Assembly: GCA_008632985.1 (NCBI GenBank)
Contig: QPGO01000257.1
Span: forward strand, 62,001 to 87,058
Source: Psammoneis japonica
Lineage: Eukaryota
Length of the DNA: 25,058 bases
Direction: 5' to 3'
Part shown: positions 1 to 11,741 of the stretch, piece after piece
How positions within the stretch are numbered: position 1 is the stretch's first letter
How the letters are laid out: every line of letters starts with the position of its first letter
Translations under genes and position numbers: made by a program
The notes under the pieces: generated by a model
Told to the model about the DNA's origin: nothing
Databases searched by the model: none
What the model saw: the letters and a program-made list of their open reading frames with translations, nothing else

Positions 1-359
1 ATCCGCATTATAATCATCGTCGTCCAGATCAGGTTTTGATTTGAAAGCCCTCCAACCAAGAAGAACAGTCATGTTTCATGAAGGACCGTAGAGAACACTC
101 ATGGGGCGGAACTTTACAAATGATGATTTTAAAAGGCAAGCATCCGCAGAGTGAGCGTTAGTAGGAAGCTTGCCATCAAGGTGTTCATGCGCTTAGCACT
201 CAGCGTCTCCTTTTCTTTTGGAATAACAACTTCCAACGCAACAGCTCCGAACCAATGCAAAAGTCCCTTAAGAAGCCACTTTTAATTGCCAAGAATTCAA
301 GGTCGCGAAAGGGTTGCGGTGCCCATTGTTCCATTTTATCCCAACAGAAATACTAGCGT

Positions 360-3173
360 TCAATCATTATCTTCCTCCTCGTGCAATGACTCCAGTTGAC
401 GCTTATTGTCTGTCTCCTCGCTCTCGACTGGTACACCTTTTCGATCAACTGTGTTTGAAGTGGCAACAGAATCATCTTCCGTATTCTTATCGCCGCTTTT
501 CAATGCTTTCAGCTCTTCGCGCAGAGCCAGATTTTGCATCTCGAGATCATCAATTTTCGTCTGCAATGACGTGGGGTCTGTAGCTGAATGATTTGATCCC
601 CTTATGCCCCGCCTCAATGAATGGCTCGATGATCCACTGAAAGGTTCAGATACCCCAGTAATACGGACGGAGGAAGAATCATTTGGCAATCGCACTGACG
701 GAGTGCTAGACCTACTTGTATTCAAGCGTCTAGTAGGAAAGTACTTCTCTTGAAGTACCCGATAAATCTTGGGCCAAATAACCATGACTGGCGTAGAAGT
801 AGAAAGCACGAACACAAAGAAAACCCGAGTAAGGTAGGCGGCATCCTTGGACACGTCGTCAAGCACGAAAATGAGTGGTAGACCGACCAACCATGACTGA
901 AGGTGTGCGAATACAGCGAAGAAGACCCACATGGATTCAGAATATTCAGACTGTATTTCTCTTGTTTTCCATGCGACAACCATTGTCATTACGGTGATCG
1001 TGGCAAGCAGGGCAAGCAATGGAACTACCCATGCGGCCAAGTTTGTATCAACAGTCTGACAGTCTCCGTAGGTAATTTCTCTACCGGCGGAATCCGGGTC
1101 AAGAAATCTTCGCACCCATGACAATGGATCAACCAACTGCCAAACAATAAGTACCACAAGGCAGAGTGTGACAAGTACAAGAAACGGTATCATTGCCCGG
1201 GTCACCGTAACAGTTCTTCGTCGAATAGAAAAAATCTTTTTTATCCTCCAGAGTTTGCAATACATCGCGCAGTACATCACCATGTAGCCTATGGTGAAGA
1301 ACCATGGTACGGCTGCGCATCCCCTGTTCAGCTTCGTTTGAGACCATCCATCGCTCTCATCGAACGACACGAACATAACTGATGACATGAGTACCGAGGA
1401 CCCAACGCACAGCAAACCAAGAAAGAAAGGTTGAGATGCCTTGAGAATACTGGTATTTCTCTTCCAGATAACCCATACCAAATAAGAAAATGAAATAACG
1501 TATGATAGAGCCACAAGCATAAACCCAGCCATTTGTACAGAGTTGGAAAGAAAGTTTGGCTCTATGACGGTTACCAGCACCTCCGGCTCATCTGGGGTCC
1601 CGTCGTAGTAAAGGAATTCGGCGACTTCAGTCCACTCTCCTCTTTCGTACAGAGATGATAGCACTGCCTCGATCCTGGGAAACATGGAAGTGAAATAGGC
1701 CTTTTGAAATGATATCTAAAAATAGCATTGACGTGTTCCAGGAACGTACCTTCCTCCATCAGACCTCAAATTGTAAATTCCAAACCTAGAATCGTCACTG
1801 CTAACTTTCCCATCAACCATTTCCACTTCTCCTGAAGCACCGTCAAAACTAAATTCTCCACGTTTCAAGAAATCTTCTTTGCTACAGGTTCTCAAACAAT
1901 GGGTTATTACCGCATCATAGACAAAGGATGAATATGGCACGGGATCATTAGATTGGAAGAAATCCGACTCGGCAGGAGTGAAATCGGGCATGCCACGCTG
2001 CGGGTGAATAGCGTTCATCTTTTCAACTTTACTGGAATCTTGGGCTCTCCACGTATCGAGAAATGGATCGCCTATCGGCTCATAAATAAAGGGATCATGA
2101 TGTGTGTAGATCGCAGCACCTCGAAGTAAACGCTCTAAGGCTGAACCCACTTCAAGCTCCAAGGGCTCCGGGTTCAGATGGGTCAATCCGGGAAAGAGGT
2201 CTCCATTCAGGATCCAGAACCAGTCGGGACCCACGACATTGTATTCTATCGCAAGCTCAGCTAGTTCTTGCAGAACCTCAAAATTGTCACTAAGAACAAA
2301 AATGGTGTGCATGCCGTCTTCCTCGACTTCTTCGGCGGCGTCCTCCAGGATGCTATAGCTATCCTCACGGCCAGTGCCATCGCCGCTTCCCGAACCGCTT
2401 CCCGACATTGATTGAAGGCGTCGATTTGATCCCTGGGGTATCTTCGCCCCCTCCTGTTCAGTCGCTGGCGGTAACAAATTGTCAGGCAAAACATTGACCC
2501 TGGTTTCTTTAAACTTCCTGGTGGTGCGCAAGATATTCTTGAGAGCCTCGTTGCCGCTGTCAAACAAGAGCTGCATATATCCTCGATGCTTAAATTTGGA
2601 AATCAGTGCCTTGGCTAGCACATCGACATCACCCACAAGGTTTCTTTCGGTAGCTAAACTAGAAGACCCGGTTCCAGGTGGAACATTGTATTCGCTGAAA
2701 AGTATCTGAGGAACATTCCAAAATTCTGCCCACGCCGCCGTTGCAGTCACCATGTCAGGAATTGGTGGGCCCACAATGCCGAGTGTATCCGTCAAGTTGG
2801 TGTCCACGAACCGTGCTAGGGCGGTCGGTGCATTAAGACTTGTATCAATGGCTTTTAGAAACAGATCCTCGATATTGCTACTGTTGCTATTGCACATGGT
2901 TGACAGTTCCTTGACAATCACTGGATTGCGGGTGTTCTGAAATAAAACGAAAGAAAAAGGTTGTAAGAGCAAGAGTTTCACTTTCGAAATCACAATATTT
3001 ATTAAGGGCGAGAAACGTACGCAATGGTCCAGAGCTAGAGCTGCAGAGGCCAGATGAGCGACACTTGACGGGTTTTCAAAAGGCAAGAGAGTCAGCAACT
3101 GAGATGCATCCGCTAGCAGAGAACTGCACCACTGCAAAACAATCACTGCAAGAACTGATGTTCTCCGCATCAT
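360..3173 (-). CDS. Class C (GABA-B-like, 7tm_3) G-protein-coupled receptor, ~884 aa; exons 3173-3021, 2936-1750, 1674-360
   Basis: Signal peptide MMRRTSVLAVIVLQW is followed by a periplasmic-binding/Venus-flytrap-like domain (GIVGP, WNVPQI, YDAV, FDGASGEV). The 7TM part has class C motifs (ASQPFFLGLLCVG, CAAVPWFFTIG, KLWRI, WQLVDPLSW, EYSES, WPKI) and there is a C-terminal coiled coil. Introns 3020-2937 (84 nt, GTACGT..TTTCAG) and 1749-1675 (75 nt, GTACGT..CCCAG) join ORFs 1716-3527 and 360-1685 in frame (2655 nt). Confidence 0.88.
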
Positions 3174-3637
3174 TGTCCGTTGAAACTGATTGTACCCTGG
3201 AGCCTTAGCAAGGAAGATTGTGGTGACAAAACAGGTGCAACGACCCGACAGAAGCTGCTCCGTGATCGGTGACATCCTTATTTCGGTGCGACATATAGAC
3301 TCCGCCCTTGGGAGTTTGGAGTTTGCCGTTGTCAGAATTTCCAAATTTGAAACTTCCGGCAGTGCACATGTGGACAATGGACAGCTTGCCGAGTTCATTT
3401 TTGGTATGCCAGTACAAAGTTGTGTAGATCTGTACATACCAGTTTCTACGTACGTTTGTACTGCAATGGCAGTTGGACCCATCAGCTCATTCAAATTTGT
3501 ACGGCGACCTACCCGTGCTTGCCGCACTCACAATGGTGATGATACGACGGCGTTGTTTGTACTCTGACGCTACCTCTCCTCATCATATCTCCCCTTACCG
3601 TGGAGTTTAAGAATGTAACTGACAATCGCTTCAAGAA

Positions 3638-3981
3638 AATGGCCGGTTGTGACCGGGTCACAGGGGTTTTGTTTCGCCATGAAAAGACGCCGTTGGACCC
3701 ATCAACGTGACGTACAATGGTCGGTGTTGACATTGAGACGACAAGTTGACCCTATTTGAAGTGTCTTTAGCGCTGTCATGCGTTGGCATGCAGCATGGAA
3801 GACTCAGCAATGGCCGGTCGTGACCGAGTTGCAGGGGTTTTGTTTCGCCACAAAAAGACGCCGTTGGACCCATCAACATGACGCACAATGGTCGGTGTTG
3901 GAATTGCGACAATGCATTGATCCTATTTGAAGTATCCTTGGCGGTGTTACGACGTCAGTGTTCAGCATGGAAGACTCAGCA
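3638..3981 (+). repeat. Tandem duplication, 171-bp unit x2
   Basis: AATGGCCGGT...AAAAGACGCCGTTGGACCCATCAAC...CCTATTTGAAGT...CAGCATGGAAGACTCAGCA starts at 3638 and again at 3809. Confidence 0.9.
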
Positions 3982-4204
3982 GTTCTCAATGTGGTGGCAT
4001 GATGGTGGAGTTAGCTGGAGGCCAAGGAGGACTTGCCCTGAATGTGTTTCTGTGGATGCAAGAACCGCAAATGACGCATTGGCCCCATTGGAAGTTGCTT
4101 GAGCAGCACTGTGGCAAACACAACCGGTGTGGACGACTCAGCAGAGCTCAAATTGGTGGCATGACAGTGAGTTCAGCCTGATCCCAAGGAGGGCTTGTTC
4201 TGAA
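3973..4204 (+). repeat. Second, more diverged direct repeat (~70-bp core, ~162-bp spacing)
   Basis: GACTCAGCAG..CTCAA..TGGTGGCATGA...CCAAGGAGG.CTTG..CTGAA occurs at ~3973 and ~4135. Confidence 0.7.
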
Positions 4205-5933
4205 AAGGTCGCTCATCCAGGAACTGTGACTGGCTGCTTTGTCGTCCTTTTCTCCATGCAGCAGCAGTTTAGAGGGCTCTGCTTTGTGGGTGCAAACAAG
4301 CAACACTTCCAAAAATGTTTGTGGTTGTGGATGTCAACCAGTCACATGACAAATCTGTGACTGAGATGGAAATGCTGGAGAGCTGTTGAGTCGGCGGCGT
4401 TGTCCTCTTGTTGGACGAGCTAGAAGTCTCATCATTTGCTCTCCTGCTGCAGAGAGCATTGTGTGAATTGAACAGCAACTTGACACAGGAGATGACAGTG
4501 ACATTGGTGGAGGAGTTGGATGTGGTTGTCATTTGAGAATGATTCACAGTGGGGGGCGCAGGCCTCTGTTACGACCCAACAACATGCAAACAGCTGTGCA
4601 GTCCATTGAAGCTTCTGACCAGCTTTGAAGGCGACACATTTTTGTCTGTCAATGGACCAACCATCCACATGTTGTGTGACAACAATGTTTTGGCATTTTT
4701 GCTTTACATTCACAGTGTGCCAGCAACGCCATTTGCTCTCTCGCAAACTCTTCGTGCTTCGTGTTGTTCTCGTGTTGGAGCTCGCAGAGTTCGTGATGTT
4801 CGTGTGCTTGCATGAGAAACTGTCGCATGTAGAAGCATGTTGACTTTCCACTGGTGTGCCAAAAATGAAACTCGGCAAGCTGTCCATCGGCAATCGGCAT
4901 GTGTCCCACCCCTGCACAGGGAAGAGCACAATGGATGCACCGGCAATTTGGGCGTTCATGAAATTTTCATGTGCTGTTGTTCAACAAAATTTGGCATTGT
5001 TTGCACACAAAAAATGGTGTTGGCAGAGACAATTGAAGGCAACACCAAAGGCTTTGTTCTTTCCTTCACTTCTGACAGTCATCACTTTGGTGTCGCCACT
5101 GCCCGCCGGCCTTGGAGCACGTTCCAGCCCCAGGTGACGTGCAAAACGATGCTCCCTTTTGAGCACAATTTGTGCGAGCTTTGCACTTTGAGGTCGTCAA
5201 TTGAGGGCACTTGTGAGTTCTGGCTTTTGTGTTTGATTGGAGTGCAAACATTTGCGCAACTTTTTTCATCAGCACTCAAGCCCTCACAGGGTGTGTTGCA
5301 AAAATTTTTCTGTGGCGGAAATGATGCTGGCTGCATGTCAGACCAGCCTCCACTTGGGCCACGACTTTGCCCCCGTTGCATCACATGAGCGGCATGACAG
5401 ATTGTGCTGCCAAGTGTGGCAAGTGTGGAGATGGCCTGGGAACAGATGTTTTCATGCGCTGCACCATGATTTCTTGCATGCACTTTTTTTCACATTCCAT
5501 TTGTTCATTCTTTCAAACACAAGGCCTTTTTTGTGTTCTGTTTTTGACTTTTCTGTGGAACATGCCCTCGCACACTCCACATCAAAGTGTCAGCGATCGG
5601 AGTGCGATGGGGTCACACTCCGTTCCGACAACCAAGACAGCGGCACTCCATTTTCATGTGGAATGTGTTGAGGCCTCTTTGCATTCCATCATGACCAAGA
5701 AGAATGTCAAGCCTGTGTCTTCTGTGCACAGCAGCACTCCATGCACAGGAGGACAGAGGTCAACGCACTCTCACATTCTCTGGCATCGAAGTGTGATGAT
5801 GCCAACACGCTTGTGTCATTTGGCACACAGCATGGAATGAGAACATTGCAGCCAAGGCAATGAACATCGGCATGGTTCACGACACCACTGCTTGAATTCT
5901 CTCTGTTCATCTCTCTGTCACTGCGATGATTCA

Positions 5934-5957
5934 AACAACAACAACAACAACAACAAC
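5934..5957 (+). repeat. (AAC)8 microsatellite
   Basis: Eight perfect AAC units. Confidence 0.9.
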
Positions 5958-8025
5958 ATCAAGATGGGCAGGGGATGGGGGCGTTGTCATGGGGGCCCCA
6001 GATTGCACCTGAGTTTTTGTGTCATCTTTTGGTCACAGAAAATGTTGTTCAATTCATTCATTTCTGAATTTGCATCAAATTCTCTGTTGCATTTAGCACA
6101 ACAATGCAGAAGTGATGGTTGAGGTCCTCAAACAGAATTGGAACGAGAATCCTGAAATCTGCACTTGCCCCATTCATTGCAACATGGCACACACTCAAAC
6201 ACACACTTTCAAAAATGAGTGAAGCAACAGTTCGAACCTCAGGAGTGACCGATGGACACAGAAAACAATGTGGAAAACATTTGCAGTCACATTTGATGTT
6301 CATTTGACAACACCTGGCAAAACATCATTTGGCTCTGCATGTTTTCTTTTTCGGTGTAGAACACACGACGATTGACGCCAGAGGAGAGGAGTCTCATTGG
6401 ATGCAGTTTTTTCTCTCACTTCTCACCCGCTCTTGCACAAACCAGAAACACAACAGAGCTGCAGCATCTGAAGCAACAACAGCAAAGAATGGCAGCACAT
6501 GATTGGGCGGTTTGATGGGTGATGATTGTGGCATGCTTGACGGCAAGTTGTGATGGGATTGCTCAGAACTTCAAAGTTTGCTTGCACTTGCATTTTCTTT
6601 TCTCTCTTTGCTGTTGAGGTTTGTTTTCCACAGGGTTCTGATTCCAAGCATGGCTGCTCTCTGCAGCTGAGAGAGTGGTGCTGCATTGCTGCCTGCTCCA
6701 TTTTCTAATGACAGAGATGTGTGGGCAGTCGTGTCCATCAACAGCCTGCAAGTGCCACCTTTTTTGTTTTTTCTGCAACCTTGAACCTGTTGCTCACTTT
6801 TTACTTTGACTCATTGTGCTCATGTTTGGGAAAGGTTGAGGCACCCCTTGTCATCCAGCAGGCAACCAAGATCATCAAAAGAAGAAATGCATCATTCTGA
6901 GATTCGGCTGAGCGGTGCTTCGAAGCAATCGGTCAATCAAGGGAGGGCAGAGCACCAGCATGGGTGGAGCAGGAGTTCTTGTTCAATGGAAATGCAGCAG
7001 CAGCACCATGGCTTCACTTTAGAATTTCACTTCATTCCACTGCAAGCTCTGCATCACACGCTTTGGTTGAGTGCAAGGAATCCACAAACAGAGGGCAGCA
7101 AAAGGAGTGGCAAATGGAGCACAAAACAAATGGCCTCTTTTCAACAAAAGAAGTGATGAAATGGGCACAGGCATCACTCATCTAATCAAAATTGTGCAGT
7201 GCACACATCCAGTTTTTGTTGTTTTTTGCATCATTTCTGCAAGCACTGCATTGCTGACGAGTGCAAACAATGTCATTTCTTGTTTGACCTCAAATGCTGT
7301 GTTTGTTGTTTCCGCAAAGGAGTCCATGAGACATGAAGACACATCGGACATTTTCCCACACAAAGGCCTGACATCATCTTCCACCAATTTGGTTGAGCCT
7401 TTGACGCCAAATGAGGCCGGTGTCAGGCAGCTCTGATGCACGCCTGCCTGGAAAGACCTCTGTGACATCGCTGCTGATGCAAGTTCAGATCACACTGCAT
7501 GTTTGAATGAAAGTCATTTGAGTGCAGTTGTTGCATTTCTTTGTCAACAATGTCTGACAAATGAGCAATTGTCCAGAACAACAAATGACAAACACTGGAT
7601 CGGTGACCCCTGCACGCAAATTGCGCCCCAGGTGCAGAGTGTGGCACATGCGCTGGAATGTGATGCAGATTTTGACGAGGCTTTTTTGTTCTGCACCCTG
7701 TTGCTCGCAATCCATTTTGAGGCCTTTCTTGAAGGAGCCACACACACATTCCATGTGATTCCATGGATTCTTGTTTCCTGTGCAAGTGTGATGAAGCTCA
7801 GGAATTTTGCACTTTGCAGCATGGGCACAGGTTGTTTTTGTGCCCTGCACACAGAAAAAATCCAAAGCAAGCTCTGGGATGCACCCACTCTCCATTGTGA
7901 GTCTGTGTGTTGACCATTCTTTGCATGTGCACTTGCACGCACCCAAAGGCAACAGCAATCTTTTGGCTCTCAGAGTCATTTTGGCCAGCGCAGCAGCCAA
8001 ATTCAATTGGCGCTGATGTGAGCCA

Positions 8026-8421
8026 GACGCGTTCCAGCCCTAGGTGGGAGCTCGTAGTGCTGACGTGTGACAACAATAATTTTTATCATCCGTCGTATGT
8101 TTCGTACGTAGATTTCTACGTGTGACATTTAAAAAAAATTGTCCAGACTCGCTGTTTTGCGAAGCCCCAGACGTTTTATGTGACATATTTATAGAAACAA
8201 TAATGCGCCAGTTACATTCTTCAATGTCTGAAGAATGTAACTGGCTAAGTAAAAAATGATGTACTTCAATCATGTGCGAGTTTGTGCGTTCGCAAAATTG
8301 CCTCATTTTCTGTTGGCGATCATTGACATTTAAATTACCGTATAATTTTACTACGGAGCTCGCACGTAGAAGTCTACGGGCCCAATGTCACACGGATTCC
8401 CACCTACGTCTGGAACGCGTC
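8026..8421. mobile_element. MITE, 396 bp, with imperfect ~24-bp TIRs and 4-bp TSD GCCA
   Basis: Left end is GACGCGTTCCAGCCCTAGGTGGGA; the reverse complement of the right end is GACGCGTTCCAGACGTAGGTGGGA. GCCA flanks both sides (8022-8025, 8422-8425). It has subterminal GTGTGACA motifs and an AT-rich non-coding interior. Confidence 0.85.
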
Positions 8422-9445
8422 GCCAACAGAAAATTTTGTTTGGCACTTCTTGTCATGCGACATGTGAAACGCAAAAATTCTGGGTGTCTTTCGAAATCAC
8501 ATCCTTGCAATCTGCAGTGCCCTCAAGAAAGCAATGGCGATGCATTGTTTTGCATCATGGGAGGATGCTCAGCCAAACCCCAGCTGCCCTTGCATCAGGA
8601 TCAACTGGTTGTGGGCCAGCATCTCCACAGGTGAATTTTTTTTGTGGGTTGCAGCGCCGCAGCACTTGAGAACAAAATCAATGACGCCAACAGCATCTGC
8701 ACCAGAGCAGCTGATGTTGCAGCAAATGGGGGTTGGGGAGTGTCAATCTTTGTCCCACTTTGGCTGATGCCATCCAAAGCAAACTGTCAAGTTTGCAATT
8801 GGCAATGTCTCAGAGTGACACATCCCTGAAGTTTGCCAATCAGGCTGGAGCCTTTGGGTGGCAAAAGACAAGATTGTGGCTTTGTCCTTCATCAGAGCAT
8901 GCAATGCAGTGATCCAGACCTCCATTCTCATGATGATGTTTTTTCCTTTTGCAGTTAAAAATTCAATGGTTTCAAACCTCATCAGTTGTGTGCGTGGCGA
9001 CAATTTGTCATCCATGAAAGATGAGCTTTGTTGCTGTGGAGCCCCCCAACCATCCTGTGAGGTGACACCACTCACTGTGAAACAGCCAACCCTTTCCCTG
9101 TGAGAGTGCCCGCCCTCCATTCCTGCAAAACCTGCAAATTAAAATCATTTTTTGTGTTGCAAAATGTCCTGTTTTGTTGTTTGCATTTCATTTGAATGAT
9201 GCTGACAGAGACAACGCCATGATGCCTGAGGCTTGCCATCCAGAGACACAAGCCCAGCGGAGATGCTGCTGACAACACTCCAGTCTGCCCCTGCATGGGA
9301 GTTGAGCTGAGCAGCAGGGGACCAAAGAAGGTGTCATGCGCCAGTGCAAAGGGGAGAGGCAAAGCCTGTCAGACAAATCTGGACAAGAGCAGTGCCAAAA
9401 AAATGCAGGCAAAGAGCCGTCTTCTCCACCCTGCATGTCTCACCT

Positions 9446-9718
9446 TTTGCCATCAAGAGCATGTGTGATGGCTTGGTTGTGCATGATTTGAAGGGAGGGT
9501 TCTCCACAATTGCCACCTCGAACCACAATGGCATTGGCAACTTGCAGTGTTGTCTCAATGTCTTGTGCATTTGACGCTTGTCAATTCCGGAGCAAGAGAC
9601 CGACCAGGCCACAACAACGGTGGGTGTTGCAATGGTCCTCAACAAATGCCTTGGTTGCAGTGGCCCACAATTGAGAGTCGTCTTGATCAAACTCAGCATC
9701 CATCATTCCTTGCAGTGT
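9446..9718 (-). pseudogene. Pseudogene fragment paralogous to the juxtamembrane extracellular domain of the FG-GAP gene (22664-22930)
   Basis: My translation TLQGMMDAEFDQDDSQLWATATKAFVEDHCNTHRCCGLVGLLLRN*QASNAQDIETTLQVANAIVVRGGNCGEPSLQIMHNQAITH aligns with SLVGMDTEFDTVDTDLWTATTELFVEDFYNTRRRRRGLSTLLRVLQVSNIQNMETTLSVTKTSVVRNGNGTNSSLQVIYNQAVTY. This frame is not in the ORF track. Confidence 0.85.
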
Positions 9719-11741
9719 GTGGCAAGAAAAGTGTCATTGCAAGAAACAAACACCCGTCAGATTCTTGCTGAGAACAACTGACAAGTTGAGACACAAGATG
9801 ACTGCAGCTCCTGCTCCAGATGCATCGGACTTGCCACCAACGGATGTGGACAACATCAATGATGTGGGCACACCTCCAAGCCATGCACAGCAAACATTGA
9901 CCTCTGCTCCACCAAATGAGGGAGGCTCACAAACAACAAGTGCCACTTCTGAAGCTTCTGCAGCTGACTCAGGATCGCCAACCCCAATGGTCACAACACA
10001 CTCATGTTGTGGACAGTTCATCAATGACACATTTGGAGTGTGGACCAGAAACAGCAGAGAGAAGCTCAAGCATCCTCCAATGGGTTGCCTCCCCACTCTC
10101 TGCCTCTGCAGTCTTTCTGGATCAGTGCACAAGAATTGGAGAAGATGGGTGCAACATCAGCAAACACATGAAAAACAAGTGAACCTCTTTTTGCACATGC
10201 CACCTTGTTTGAAGATTGTCATTTGTGGTGACTTGCGATGACTCTAGATGCAAAACTCTGACATGCGCAATCAATGCTGCAGAAAAAATTGTGATGTGCG
10301 TGCACACAACAACACGCTGTTTCGGCATTCTGGATGATGATTTTTTGACGTGGCAGATTCGTGACAGCACACTCACGATCTTGAAACTCAAGCGATGCCC
10401 CCCATTCAAAAACCGTCTTTGCCAGCCATGAGGACAGCAGGTCTCGCCATGCATTGAGCTGCTGTCATGGGCCAATGGGGCAATGTCTTTCACCGCCATG
10501 GAAGGTTGCCGGCTTTGCAGATTTTGAGATCACACGCAGAGTCCACGTGAATCACAACAGCGCACACTCTCATTTTTTTAATTTTGGGGAGAGGGTGCAC
10601 TGTCATGAAGTGTGCAGGAAATTGCACATGTAAAAAAAAATGCTGAAAATGCCGCAGACCAATGGGCTGTGAAGCATGAAGAAATTTTTTTAAATGAGGG
10701 TGGGTCACGTGTCAAGTGCTGCATGAAGTGCACTGCACACATGCAAAGACACACGCGCGTGAGTGGGGAAGACAAAGTTAAAACCAAGTTCAAATTGATG
10801 ACCATCAAAAGGAAACCAAACCATGCATCACATTTTGACCCCCAACCAAATTAAACATTGCACGCATTTGATCGAAGCTTGTGCAAGAAAAGCAAGTGAG
10901 ACATCAGATGAAATGCACAAAACAGTTGAATTTTGTCGAGCACTTTTGCTGGCAATTTTTAAATTTTGCTTGTCAACAATTTTAACAGCGCACATTAAAA
11001 AATTGACAAAGGAAAGTGGAAACCACCACATTGCAGCCTCTGATGTTTGTGTTCCACACCAATCACATCAGGAGGCAGGAGGAGCATTTGGTGCAAGGGA
11101 TGGAAAGAGCCTGGATTTTTGATGTTCAGGCTCAAGGGACCAGAGCATTCTGAAATTGCTCATGTCAGAGGCGAGCTTTTCAAATCCTTTCCACATGAGC
11201 TTGTGTCACATTTGACATTGTTTGTTGATCTGAGCACCTCGTGTTTGGTGTTTGATGGTGTCTTGAGTGTTTCCAAGGCACTTGTCCAAATCCTCAACTG
11301 TGGGCAAGAGTCTGCAGGACGACTCTGTTGAGACAGGTGGTGCACTGGAATTTCTGATGTGGCACTTGAGTTCATCCAACATGCTGCTGATGCAACAAAC
11401 CCTTGGGATGCAGCGTCAAGAACTTGACATGATCAGCTGGCAACCCTGTCTGAGCTGTTGGGTGAGTCTGCTGTGGGCAGGTTGCAAGTGAAACACCAAC
11501 TCAAAGTCGGCACCACAGCCCACCTCAAGCTGAATGACTGCATCAATCATGCCACTGGCTCTGAAGAAGAGGAAAATGAGTTTCAAAAAAGAAAAACCCA
11601 TCGCGGCATTGGCACTCTCCACAATCGCCTTTTCATTTGGCTTCACATCTGCCAAGTCTTCCTTGAGAGCAACAAGCAATTTCCTGCTGCTGATCCTCTC
11701 CTTCAATCATTCTCTTTTGTCTTCCATGGAACCACAAATGC

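Larger units (their letters stand above)
3377..4887. repeat. Inverted repeat pair of ~70 bp (3377-3447 and 4815-4887); possible ends of a non-autonomous DNA element
   Basis: ATGGACAGCTTGCCGAGTT-CATTTTTGGTATGCCAGTACAAAGT at 3377 matches the reverse complement of 4843-4887 (ATGGACAGCTTGCCGAGTTTCATTTTTGGCACACCAGTGGAAAGT). Similarity extends to CAGTTTCT. No TSD identified. Confidence 0.6.

Noticed and set aside
3174..3527. N-terminal 118 aa of the 603-aa ORF as part of the GPCR
   Set aside because: It lies upstream of the signal-peptide Met (3173/3170) and overlaps a repeat arm, so it is probably non-coding.
3638..4204. CRISPR-like array
   Set aside because: Units are 160-171 bp duplicated along their length, with no short repeat/unique spacer pattern and no cas genes; the context is eukaryotic.
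5934..5957. (AAC)8 as a converted (AAT)n tract
   Set aside because: A two-strand process should give mixed CAA/TGA units. Pure AAC repeats are common and no ancestor is available.
7100..8020. Coding relic on the minus strand
   Set aside because: Probably a decayed gene or TE, but I could not recognise any family motif.
9790..10190. Possible N-terminus of a BED-finger/hAT transposase (S/T/P-rich stretch, NISKH)
   Set aside because: The motif is incomplete, split across frames and has no catalytic domain.
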